Shown here in pieces: positions 27,515 to 36,614 of a stretch of 55,457 bases of DNA. The translations under genes were made by a program, and so were the position numbers. How positions within the stretch are numbered: position 1 is the stretch's first letter; each line of letters begins with the position of its first letter. The stretch covers positions 1 to 55,457 of the IMG/VR virus record IMGVR_UViG_3300020472_000032; one strand, given 5' to 3'. The notes beneath the pieces were generated by a model. It was not told where the DNA came from. It did not search any database and was given only the letters and a program-made list of their open reading frames with translations. Source of the stretch: a virus (taxonomy: Duplodnaviria; Caudoviricetes).

Positions 27515-28241
27515 CGTAACCAATACTACTTTCACCAGAAACAAATAATCTTAAATCTTGTTCTAGTTTTTCAATACTAGCTTGTGCATCAGCCCTTAAT
27601 GTTTCTGCATTAAGGCTGGTTCCACCTTGTGGGCCAGCAATAGTATTAAACTTGCCACGTGCTTCACTTAACATTAATTTACTGTGTGCTAATGCATATT
27701 CTTTCAACCATGGTCCTGCATAGATATCTGTCAACAAACTTTCATCATCTACATGTTTGTATACCCAAAGCACAACAGATGTATTTGCTTTTGGTTTTCT
27801 ATGTACAGTAAGTTTACTATTTCTAACATTCCATGTAAAAAGATATTCACTGCCAAACAATTTGCCTAGTGTTTCTCGGTGTTGTTGTAATGCATCAAAC
27901 GTTGCTAGTCCGCCTGCTCTACCACCAGCTAACAAATATGTGTTTAAATATGCCGCCTCAAATGGTTCAAAGTCGTTACCACTACTAGCATTTGTACCAC
28001 TTGTTCTTGTTAAAATATCACGTACTTCTACAATTTCAGTAGGTAATGTGTACTCTTGTATATCTTCTTTAAGTTCTAAAAATACATAGGCTTCTTCAAC
28101 TGAGTTTTCACTGCGTTGTCTGTATTTTTCAAAACTTTTATTAATAGCCAAGTCATAATGTTCAGGATCGAGTTCAACATCGACCATCTGTCCACCAAGT
28201 CGTAGCTCTATTTCTTTTGTTAAATCTTCTTTTAGTGCCAT
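27501..28241 (-). CDS. 13: neck protein (T4 gp13-like)
   Basis: LRLG..VDVELD; WLKEYALA..K; KF..IAGPQGG.SLN. Confidence 0.85.
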   Translation of the reverse strand: MALKEDLTKEIELRLGGQMVDVELDPEHYDLAINKSFEKYRQRSENSVEEAYVFLELKEDIQEYTLPTEIVEVRDILTRTSGTNASSGNDFEPFEAAYLNTYLLAGGRAGGLATFDALQQHRETLGKLFGSEYLFTWNVRNSKLTVHRKPKANTSVVLWVYKHVDDESLLTDIYAGPWLKEYALAHSKLMLSEARGKFNTIAGPQGGTSLNAETLRADAQASIEKLEQDLRLFVSGESSIGYVTIG

Positions 28242-28245
28242 ACTA

Positions 28246-28944
28246 CTATTTACCTTGTTTGAAGTAGTCTGCCGTATACTTTAGCAGTTGCTTCATTTGT
28301 TTTGCATCAGCAGGAAACGTATCTCTAAAACGTTGCCAAACAGGTAGTTGTGCTTTATATGCTTCAGGATTACGTAAAGCACCTTCTGGATTATCTGTAT
28401 CTCTCATTTCATCTGCTAAATCACTTGCATAAGCCATAAGTTCATGTGGATCTCTAAGGTAACTACGCATTAAATCTGCATCAGTACCACCTGCTTTTTT
28501 CTTTTCAATGCCACGTTGAAACCCGCTCTTATATGTGTTTAATACATCACCGCCCATTTTATCATATTGATTCCAATGAATAGTTTCATGTTGTAGCATT
28601 CGCATTAATATTTTTTTGAAAGTTTTAGGACCGTACACGCCTTCTAAATTTTTAGAATGTAGAAATACTGTAATAAATTTGCCTTCTTTTTCAGACCAAT
28701 CTGCCGACGCACTTATCCATTCATCTGGATCCTTACGATCATTATAATCTGTTATAAATTCAATAGGAAAGTCTTCTGTTTCAAAATTAAGAAGTTCTTC
28801 TAGTTCGTTGATATCGTCTTTGTCATTATTATTACTTAAATGTTCTTGATAATCAGCCAAAGCACTATCAATAGCAGGCTCTAGGTCTGCTAAGAATTCC
28901 CAATCGGGTTCAACTTTTGCTTCAGTAAATTCCCAAAATTTCAT
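28246..28944 (-). CDS. zincin-like metallopeptidase
   Basis: HETIH (HExxH) plus downstream Y..DPHELMAY; late TAAATA box. Confidence 0.65.
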   Translation of the reverse strand: MKFWEFTEAKVEPDWEFLADLEPAIDSALADYQEHLSNNNDKDDINELEELLNFETEDFPIEFITDYNDRKDPDEWISASADWSEKEGKFITVFLHSKNLEGVYGPKTFKKILMRMLQHETIHWNQYDKMGGDVLNTYKSGFQRGIEKKKAGGTDADLMRSYLRDPHELMAYASDLADEMRDTDNPEGALRNPEAYKAQLPVWQRFRDTFPADAKQMKQLLKYTADYFKQGK

Positions 28945-28952
28945 ACAAGTAT

Positions 28953-30191
28953 TTATTTGAATACTTGCAGTATTATTGTTTCAGGATTAAATCTACCGTT
29001 AAGTTTAGTTTCAGTTGTTTTGAGGATTTCAAATTGTTTAGGTACTTTGTGCTTTGTAATCTTTTTCCACTGAGCTAATACCTCTTGTGGCTTACGTATA
29101 GTTTTTTGCACACTACGTTCTGGATCAAAGAACTGTATAGTTGTACCTTTTACTTTAAGAGTTGCATGTGCCTCTGGATAGTAAATACCAATTTTTCGTG
29201 TTTTGCAGTTAAACACAACTAACATTGTTGAGTCAATAATTTCAGCTGGTTCTTTACTGGTAATACCAAAGTCACTATCATATACTTTGTACTTTAGTTT
29301 TTTTACTTGTTCGGCCGCAGTTTTTTGTTTTGGCTTTCTAACAATTCTTGTGTGTTTATTTTCAGCTAACATAATATCAAATGCTTGAAACATACGTTCA
29401 TAAAATGCTAATGCATCTTTACGTTGTGCTTTGTTTAGATGATCATAGCCTTCTTCTAATTGCTTTTGCATTTCATCACGTTTAGCAGGTGGTGGAAGAT
29501 TATCTAGTTCACGATATTCTTCTAATGGACCTGTGTACCATTTACGCATGAATCTAACATGTCCTAAGTTAGTGCCTACACGTTTGAGAGTTTGCAGAAT
29601 GTTTTTGTCTTTGAGTTTGTTCTTCTGTGGATCAATTAAAAACTCATCAATCCAAGTTTCTATGTCTTCAATTTTTTCTTCGGCGGCTTCTTCTAAACGT
29701 TCTTGTATTGTAGGAACATAACCTTTTTTAGTTTTCTTCTCTTCTTCTTTCTTTTCTTCAATCATAGTAGAACCAGTTTCAATTAATTCTGCTATACGTT
29801 TAGTAATCCATTCTGTCATTGGTTTAATATCACCAGATGTGCCTGGGCATGACTGCCAATACTCTTGTTCTTTTTCATTGTAATCAGGACAACCGTCTAA
29901 CAATAACTTACAATTAATACCTAGCACTATTTGAAACTTGCCGGCTTTTCTTACACTAGCAATATCATCTTTAGTATAGCCGTTTTGCTTCATCCATGTA
30001 AATGTGTGTTCTACATTGTCACTATATTTAAAATTCATATAGTAAAAATCATGTACTGAAGATTTTAATCTAGAATACTTTGCACCATCAAGGTTTTCCC
30101 AACCTTCAAAACTAGGTGCTTGTAAACCTCTAGTACCTCGTCTAGGTGCTGATGATTTCTTCTTTTTTCTAATTTTAACTCCACTAGCCAT
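28953..30191 (-). CDS. hypothetical early protein (412 aa, basic)
   Basis: GGAGG RBS; sigma70 promoter upstream. Confidence 0.75.
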   Translation of the reverse strand: MASGVKIRKKKKSSAPRRGTRGLQAPSFEGWENLDGAKYSRLKSSVHDFYYMNFKYSDNVEHTFTWMKQNGYTKDDIASVRKAGKFQIVLGINCKLLLDGCPDYNEKEQEYWQSCPGTSGDIKPMTEWITKRIAELIETGSTMIEEKKEEEKKTKKGYVPTIQERLEEAAEEKIEDIETWIDEFLIDPQKNKLKDKNILQTLKRVGTNLGHVRFMRKWYTGPLEEYRELDNLPPPAKRDEMQKQLEEGYDHLNKAQRKDALAFYERMFQAFDIMLAENKHTRIVRKPKQKTAAEQVKKLKYKVYDSDFGITSKEPAEIIDSTMLVVFNCKTRKIGIYYPEAHATLKVKGTTIQFFDPERSVQKTIRKPQEVLAQWKKITKHKVPKQFEILKTTETKLNGRFNPETIILQVFK

Positions 30192-30217
30192 AGATGCCTC
30201 CTGTTAATATTTCTATA

Positions 30218-30256
30218 AGTATAACAATACTAGTTAGTTTTGTCAATCGGTAAATA
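30218..30256. promoter_or_regulatory. back-to-back early (minus) and late (plus) promoters
   Basis: Minus: TTGACA (30246-30241)-17-TATACT (30223-30218). Plus: TAAATA at 30251-30256. Confidence 0.7.
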
Positions 30257-30276
30257 CAGTATATGGAGAATTCTAC

Positions 30277-31104
30277 ATGAAATTAGGTGCTATTATTTGG
30301 GGATTACCAGAAAATTATAACGTTACAGTATATAATAAATTAGGTAAAATCTTAAAAACAATAACAGAAAGCCAATTAACTAAAATAGGCATTCATAAAG
30401 AACATACTTTATGGTTAGGCTCTTGTTATGAAACAGAATTAACATTACTACGTGAAAGTGATACTGTTTCTATGGAGTTATCAGCTAACGGAAGTAAAGC
30501 ATATGGTAGTAAAGATCCTCGAGATTATCTTAAACATTTTAAAGCAGAAGGCTTTACACATATTATGTTACTACAAATGCCAGTCCTAATAGGATTGCCT
30601 GGGCAAATGAATTTTTCTAGGTCTATTGTAAAGGATTTAAATCTAGATAAGTTAGAAGAATATATTGCACCTACAGGAGAAGCTGTTCCTGCCAATATTG
30701 AGGCAATAACAAACTTATTAAATTTAATAGATAACAAGGAAAGTATACATTTTATAGCACAACCAAATCATATGACAGCTATTGCTGATGATTGGGACTT
30801 ATCTCCTATAATAGTAGATTTAAGATATGCTACACATGAATTTATGTTATTCAATAAACCCTTAGCTAATATTAATGAAGATAACATTAAATCATATGAT
30901 TTTGGTAGTGTTGGTATGCATACAGGTGATAGAGGGTGGGTGTCAGATGTAAAAGCATCAGCATTTTTACGTGTATTAGAAGCCACTACACCAAACAAAG
31001 ATGATATAGAAGAAGTATTAACAGGTAGCTTAGAACTTAATATTTACAATGAAGATATTTTATTAGGGTTATGTAAATCTATAAAGGAAATAAACGATGC
31101 CTAG
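30277..31104 (+). CDS. hypothetical protein heading the gp14-gp15 unit
   Basis: GGAG RBS; overlaps gp14 start. Confidence 0.7.
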   Translation: MKLGAIIWGLPENYNVTVYNKLGKILKTITESQLTKIGIHKEHTLWLGSCYETELTLLRESDTVSMELSANGSKAYGSKDPRDYLKHFKAEGFTHIMLLQMPVLIGLPGQMNFSRSIVKDLNLDKLEEYIAPTGEAVPANIEAITNLLNLIDNKESIHFIAQPNHMTAIADDWDLSPIIVDLRYATHEFMLFNKPLANINEDNIKSYDFGSVGMHTGDRGWVSDVKASAFLRVLEATTPNKDDIEEVLTGSLELNIYNEDILLGLCKSIKEINDA

Positions 31105-32167
31105 ACTAACACTTTACAAACCTACAAAGACTAATGATTATTATTTTATGGATCGACAAATTCGTGAACAATTTGATATAGGTGGCGTGGGTGTCATTGT
31201 ACACAAATATATCGGACCACAAGATGTAGTAGATCAGAACGACAAAACCCAGCCTAAGTATACTGATACTAGTACCACAGATGCTAATGGTAACCTTACT
31301 AACTTAGAACCAGACCTAAGTGAATTAGATGTACAGGATATACTATTTTTAGAAAACAGAGATCGTGTGTATGATCCAGACATATATGAATTACGTGGTG
31401 TATACAATGTATCGGATACAGACTTTGATTTATCACAGTTTGGTTTATTTTTAACTAATGATACTCTGTTTATGACATTCCACATGAATGATATGGTAAC
31501 AAAACTAGGCAGAAGACTTATGTCTGGTGATGTTATAGAATTACCACATCTATTAGATGAACTAGCACTTGATCAAAGCAAAGCACCAATACCAAAATTT
31601 TATAATGTAACAGATGCCGCTCGTGGTAGTGAAGGATTTTCACAAACATGGTATCCACACATTTGGAGAGTTAAACTAGCACCGCTAAATGATGCACAAG
31701 AATACACAAATTTACTTGGTAGCAACGAAGATGAAAACAGTCTAGCAAGTCTTGTAAGCACATACAATGCAGAAATGGATATTAACAAAAAGATAGTTGA
31801 AGAAGCTGAAGCATCTGGTGGAGGTAATTACAATACTGATCATTTATATACTACAGAAGAAAATGCAAATCCAAGTGCAGAGTGGAAATATGGAGAAACA
31901 CTTGCAAGTGGATTAAGTTTTCCTGCTAGTCCAAATCAAGGCGATTATTTCTTACGTACTGACTTTGATCCAAATAGATTATTTGTTAGACGTGGTGCAA
32001 AATGGGTTAGATTATATGATAATGTTGCACCACAATCATGGGATAGAAACACATTTGGTTCTGTTGAAGAATTTGTAAATCAACTAGGAAAAGATAGTGT
32101 AGACAATGAAGATTTTGATGTAAGACAATCCTTACACAATATAGCAAAAACTAAGAAGACAACGTAA
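31097..32167 (+). CDS. 14: neck/head closure protein (T4 gp14-like)
   Basis: DILFLENRDR, LSQFGLFL.ND.LF, GDVIELP; precedes gp15. Confidence 0.8.
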   Translation: MPRLTLYKPTKTNDYYFMDRQIREQFDIGGVGVIVHKYIGPQDVVDQNDKTQPKYTDTSTTDANGNLTNLEPDLSELDVQDILFLENRDRVYDPDIYELRGVYNVSDTDFDLSQFGLFLTNDTLFMTFHMNDMVTKLGRRLMSGDVIELPHLLDELALDQSKAPIPKFYNVTDAARGSEGFSQTWYPHIWRVKLAPLNDAQEYTNLLGSNEDENSLASLVSTYNAEMDINKKIVEEAEASGGGNYNTDHLYTTEENANPSAEWKYGETLASGLSFPASPNQGDYFLRTDFDPNRLFVRRGAKWVRLYDNVAPQSWDRNTFGSVEEFVNQLGKDSVDNEDFDVRQSLHNIAKTKKTT

Positions 32168-33528
32168 TGCAATACTTTTATGACAAACAAATGAGAAGAC
32201 ACTTAATTCAATTCGTACGAATGTTTAGTAACTTTAGTGTACAAATTGGAGAGAATGATGACGGTGATCCTATTTACAGAACTGTTCCTGCAAAATATGG
32301 AGATCCTACACGCATGGCGGCGGCAATAATGCGAGATAATTCAGAAAACAAAATGCTTAGTGTGCCACAAATTACATGTTACATTACTGGAATGCAACAG
32401 GATCCAACTAGAAGAATGCATGGCGGATTTCAAAAGAAAGAAACAATATACGAAAAAGACTTTAATTCAGCAACAGGTGACTATACAACCGATCCTGGAA
32501 ATACATACCAAATTACTAAGTATGCACCTATTCCATATACATTAGATATAAATGTAGATATATGGACAAGTAATACAGATCAAAAACTACAATTAATAGA
32601 ACAGTTGCTTATTTTATTTGATCCTACTATAGATTTACATAGTAGTCAGAATCCATTTGATTGGACAGCTCTAAGTTATAATGAATTAACAAACATACAA
32701 TTTACAAGCAGACAACAACCTGTTGGTGGAGAAGACATTATAGATATGGCAACATTAACTTTTAGAAGTATGATTTATTTAACTGCTCCTGCTAAATTTA
32801 ATAGAAGTAAACTTATTCATACAATTCTTACAAAACTATATACTATGGATTCAGATCAAGTTGATTTATTTGAAGCAAAGAAGAGTTTTACATATGATAG
32901 TTTATCATATACAGTAATAACTCCTAGTCAATATTGGATAGAAATTACTGATGCTACTACTGTTAAAATTACTAATCAAGACGGAACTACTGTAGATAGT
33001 AATGCTGAAACATTAAGTTGGGAAACAATATTAGCACCTATAGGCAGAATAAACAGTGGTTATAGTCAACTCAGATTACGTTTAGCAGGTACACCAGATG
33101 ATGACGATAGTGATGTAATTGGTATTATTGCATATGATGCTGGTAATGTTAATCACTTAACATTTACAATAGATGATAGTACACTTCCTGCTACCACACA
33201 AACAGCCGTAGATAAAATTGTAAATCCACGATTAAACTATCCTGGAGATGGTACTTTACCTGCCGCGGCCGCTGGACAAAGATATATAATAACAGAAAAA
33301 ACAACTAATGATCATTCATCAGTTTGGTCAAGTATTGCCGGTGCAGGCGATATTATTCAAAATAATGGATTTGGTTGGGAAAGATCTTTTATTGCCAGTG
33401 AAAATGGATCTACTGCACAATATGTAACTAATACAGATGATAATCAGTTGTATTATTTCAATGGTGAAGATTGGGTACATGCTTGGCAGGCAAAACATAA
33501 ACCAGGGTTTTGGAGAATATTCATTTGA
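32167..33528 (+). CDS. 15: tail terminator/sheath stabiliser (T4 gp15-like) with C-terminal extension
   Basis: YFYDKQ.RR..QF..FS, VPAKYG, PIPY.L..DIWT.N.DQKLQLIEQ..LF.P. Confidence 0.85.
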   Translation: MQYFYDKQMRRHLIQFVRMFSNFSVQIGENDDGDPIYRTVPAKYGDPTRMAAAIMRDNSENKMLSVPQITCYITGMQQDPTRRMHGGFQKKETIYEKDFNSATGDYTTDPGNTYQITKYAPIPYTLDINVDIWTSNTDQKLQLIEQLLILFDPTIDLHSSQNPFDWTALSYNELTNIQFTSRQQPVGGEDIIDMATLTFRSMIYLTAPAKFNRSKLIHTILTKLYTMDSDQVDLFEAKKSFTYDSLSYTVITPSQYWIEITDATTVKITNQDGTTVDSNAETLSWETILAPIGRINSGYSQLRLRLAGTPDDDDSDVIGIIAYDAGNVNHLTFTIDDSTLPATTQTAVDKIVNPRLNYPGDGTLPAAAAGQRYIITEKTTNDHSSVWSSIAGAGDIIQNNGFGWERSFIASENGSTAQYVTNTDDNQLYYFNGEDWVHAWQAKHKPGFWRIFI

Positions 33529-33986
33529 TACAAGCAAGTGGTTGTTTGCTTCTTGCACTTGATACAGGTAGAGTTTGCTTACAACAAAGAAGCCAAAATA
33601 ATACACATCCTAGAACATGGGCCTTTTGGGGAGGCAAAGCAGAAGCCAATGAACGACCTATTGAAACATTACTACGTGAATTAGAAGAAGAAATAGGTAT
33701 TCTACCCGACGTACAAAAGGTACATCCATTACATATTTTTACTAGCAAAAATAGTGAGTTTACTTATAATAGTTTTGTTGTTGCTGTGTATGAAGAATTT
33801 ATACCGTTGCTTAATAATGAAAGCGATGGTTACTGTTGGGTTAAACTAGGTAATTGGCCTAGGCCATTGCACCCTGGTAGTAAAAATATATTGTATGATA
33901 AAACTATGGTCAAAAAAATTGGGACCATTCATAAAAGAAATTCTAATACAAATGGCCCCGATTGGATAGCTAGTTTAAACAGTTAA
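33525..33986 (+). CDS. Nudix hydrolase
   Basis: Nudix box GGKAEANERPIETLLRELEEEIG; likely TTG start at 33525 (GGAG RBS, TTGA overlap with gp15 stop). Confidence 0.9.
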   Translation: MIQASGCLLLALDTGRVCLQQRSQNNTHPRTWAFWGGKAEANERPIETLLRELEEEIGILPDVQKVHPLHIFTSKNSEFTYNSFVVAVYEEFIPLLNNESDGYCWVKLGNWPRPLHPGSKNILYDKTMVKKIGTIHKRNSNTNGPDWIASLNS

Positions 33987-35111
33987 TTTCTTTTTCATTG
34001 CACCTAAAAATTCCTTCTTAAGCCAATCAAAGTCGTTGATCATTGCGAGTTGGTCTGGACTTCCTGCATGTTTTTTTCCATAAGCGGCACCATCTTTTGC
34101 TCCACGAATTGCGTATCTGCCAAATCGGGCACCATTATCGATGTTCATCCAAGCATCTAAACGTTCAGTATTTTCGTCAACCTTACTGTTTGAGATAATG
34201 TTACTAGATAGTTTAGTACATTCTCTAAAAGCGGCTCTCCAAGTTCGGTATGGATCTTTATTAAAGGCAGTTATATTACTAACCTGATCAACTGGTTGAA
34301 AGAACGATACATTGGTACTAAAATCGGGCATTTTATTACCTAGTTCCATCAACTGTTTACGAGGGAATAATTTTACTGCACCAAAACCGTATTCCAGTCC
34401 ATTTATCGGATTACGGGCTCGCCAGCAATAAGTTGTGTTCTTTCGTTTGCTTTTAGGAGGCACAAAATCAAATCGAAAGTGGTCTAAAATTATTGCATCT
34501 GCATCTATTATCCACACCATTTCACTTTGGCTGGTTCGTCCAGCTTCTTTGTATGCATTTCCAATACCTTTAACGTTTTTAACATGCCGGGCTTCCGGAT
34601 ATTTTTCTACAAGGCGTTGAAAATTTCTGTCTGCTTCAGCTTCGTGATAGCTAATGAAGCAAATATCAAATTCTGTATCAACATAGCCAGCAATAATTCT
34701 ACTGCGAATAACATTATTAGGGTTACCGCTAGTAGGCACTAAACGTACTACGTCCCAACCTAAGGGCCGTTTGCTTCTATGACTAACTACAGGAAATTCA
34801 TATATGTAATTTCTATCTGTGTCACCAGGTCTCCAATGCCACGGAAAATTTTCTGCTATTGGATAGTTTTCATTTACTACCCATACATGACTAGTTTCTT
34901 CTGCATAAGTTAAAACCATTGCATTAATAGTTTCCATATCATTAATATCTTCTAAGAAGATTTTTGGAAACGGTTGAATAATATGTTTTAACACACTATT
35001 CCATGGTGATACTTGTGTTTCTACTTGTACTTTCCTAAAGTAATTAGGATCAAATTGATCTTTCCAATTTGATTTCCACATTAATTGTTCTGTGTTTACT
35101 TTATGATTCAT
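33975..35111 (-). CDS. GT-A fold glycosyltransferase-like protein
   Basis: FISYHE, WIIDADA (DxD), NPINGLEYGFGAVKLF; degenerate N-terminal duplicate. Confidence 0.7.
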   Translation of the reverse strand: MNHKVNTEQLMWKSNWKDQFDPNYFRKVQVETQVSPWNSVLKHIIQPFPKIFLEDINDMETINAMVLTYAEETSHVWVVNENYPIAENFPWHWRPGDTDRNYIYEFPVVSHRSKRPLGWDVVRLVPTSGNPNNVIRSRIIAGYVDTEFDICFISYHEAEADRNFQRLVEKYPEARHVKNVKGIGNAYKEAGRTSQSEMVWIIDADAIILDHFRFDFVPPKSKRKNTTYCWRARNPINGLEYGFGAVKLFPRKQLMELGNKMPDFSTNVSFFQPVDQVSNITAFNKDPYRTWRAAFRECTKLSSNIISNSKVDENTERLDAWMNIDNGARFGRYAIRGAKDGAAYGKKHAGSPDQLAMINDFDWLKKEFLGAMKKKLTV

Positions 35112-35818
35112 TCTTCAATGTCCTCTAAAGTATATACTTTGCTACCTACATGAGCAACATTTTTTGCAAGTTCAAAATCTGCATAAGGTTGAAATCCTGC
35201 ATCAGAGGCTTTTTCAAAAAAGTAAATATCTTCTCCTAATACAGATTTAGATTCATCATCATATTTTACACCAAACCATGGTGGTTCTTTTTTATCCATA
35301 ACTACTGCATTAACAACATCAAATTTACTTTTGTATTCTTTTGCTTCCATTGTTTCAAATACTTCTCTATGTACTAGTACACAACCAAAACCTAGTGCGG
35401 CCACTTTTTCTAAACCGCCATCAACTGATTTGTTAAGCCTAGCATCATAATCCATTGTACTTTTAAATGCAGTACTTCTAATAGGCCTAACTCTAGTTGC
35501 ATAAGGTACGCCAACTAGTTTAGCTTTTCTATTTAATAATCTATCGATAGTATCGCTAGGAAAATGCATATCACTATCAAACCACATTAAAAAATCTGCT
35601 GGAGTGGCTAATGCTTCTCTTGCAAGAGAATCTCTTTGTGATATAACATTACTGCCATAACTCATATGTAATGTAACAGGCTTTTTATCTTGGCCACATT
35701 TATGCATAAGATTAGCTAAACTTCTAGTAAACAATGTACTACATTGATCCATTACAGGAACACATATAGCAATCCTATAACCGTCGTTGTTTATATAAGC
35801 TGAAGGAACACTTACCAT
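35108..35818 (-). CDS. glycosyltransferase family 2-like protein
   Basis: IAICVP, R..LA, LMWFDSDM, GFGCVLVHREVFE, GEDIYF, HVG. Confidence 0.85.
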   Translation of the reverse strand: MVSVPSAYINNDGYRIAICVPVMDQCSTLFTRSLANLMHKCGQDKKPVTLHMSYGSNVISQRDSLAREALATPADFLMWFDSDMHFPSDTIDRLLNRKAKLVGVPYATRVRPIRSTAFKSTMDYDARLNKSVDGGLEKVAALGFGCVLVHREVFETMEAKEYKSKFDVVNAVVMDKKEPPWFGVKYDDESKSVLGEDIYFFEKASDAGFQPYADFELAKNVAHVGSKVYTLEDIEE

Positions 35819-35828
35819 TAGTTCCTCC

Positions 35829-36329
35829 CTACATCATTTCCTGTGGAACCATATCCTGAGAAAGTTGGCGTTCTGCTTGTACAACACCATCATTTAACAG
35901 TTTGGCTAGGCTTGCAGTTGTTTTAACACAATTAGCAAATGCAGTATCGTTTAATGCCGCGATACGATTCATATGATCTGGTTGTATTTTACCAATAGTT
36001 AAAATATCAATTGCCGCAATTCGTGCTAGTCTATCTACCCAATATTGCTCTTCATAAGTTTCAATATTTTCTAGTAATGCTGTTACATCATGCTTTTCGC
36101 CCATATCTGCAAGAATGTCATTTAAAATTTTAAATTCAGCATCTAGTGTTGCTTTAACGTGAGCTGGGGAGTGTTCACTGTTTTCTATTTGTTCTGCTAC
36201 TGTTCTAATTTCAGTTATTAACAGTTGTGCCTGTCTTGCTGGATGAGGATGTTCTCCTAATACGAAATTTTCTATCTCGTATCTAGTACGGTGAATTACC
36301 GCTGTATCTACTATAGATTTCTCTGCCAT
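35829..36329 (-). CDS. hypothetical helical protein
   Basis: AGGAGG RBS; between fibre and GT genes. Confidence 0.7.
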   Translation of the reverse strand: MAEKSIVDTAVIHRTRYEIENFVLGEHPHPARQAQLLITEIRTVAEQIENSEHSPAHVKATLDAEFKILNDILADMGEKHDVTALLENIETYEEQYWVDRLARIAAIDILTIGKIQPDHMNRIAALNDTAFANCVKTTASLAKLLNDGVVQAERQLSQDMVPQEMM

Positions 36330-36401
36330 GTTTTACCTCCTAATGGTTTTACAATGTGCTAAAAAGTATATATCTTTGTATACCTTTAAGTAAGATGTTT
36401 A

Positions 36402-36611
36402 TTATGGACTTGCGCCTGTTGCGTTACCATTTTGCCAACCACCAAATGTAGCACTAAGTTTTGTATTAGCTGTTACACTAGGATTAATAAATGCACCAAA
36501 CGTTCCACTCAATAATAAGTTAAGATTCGAGCCAGGAATACCTGATTGTCCGTTAAAAAATGTACGAACTGTACTCATTGATATCTGGGCGCCTGTTGCT
36601 GGTAATGCCAT
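36402..36611 (-). CDS. small fibre-associated protein
   Basis: MALPATGAQISMS N-terminus, typical of genes immediately after S74-containing fibres. Confidence 0.6.
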   Translation of the reverse strand: MALPATGAQISMSTVRTFFNGQSGIPGSNLNLLLSGTFGAFINPSVTANTKLSATFGGWQNGNATGASP

Positions 36612-36614
36612 ATT

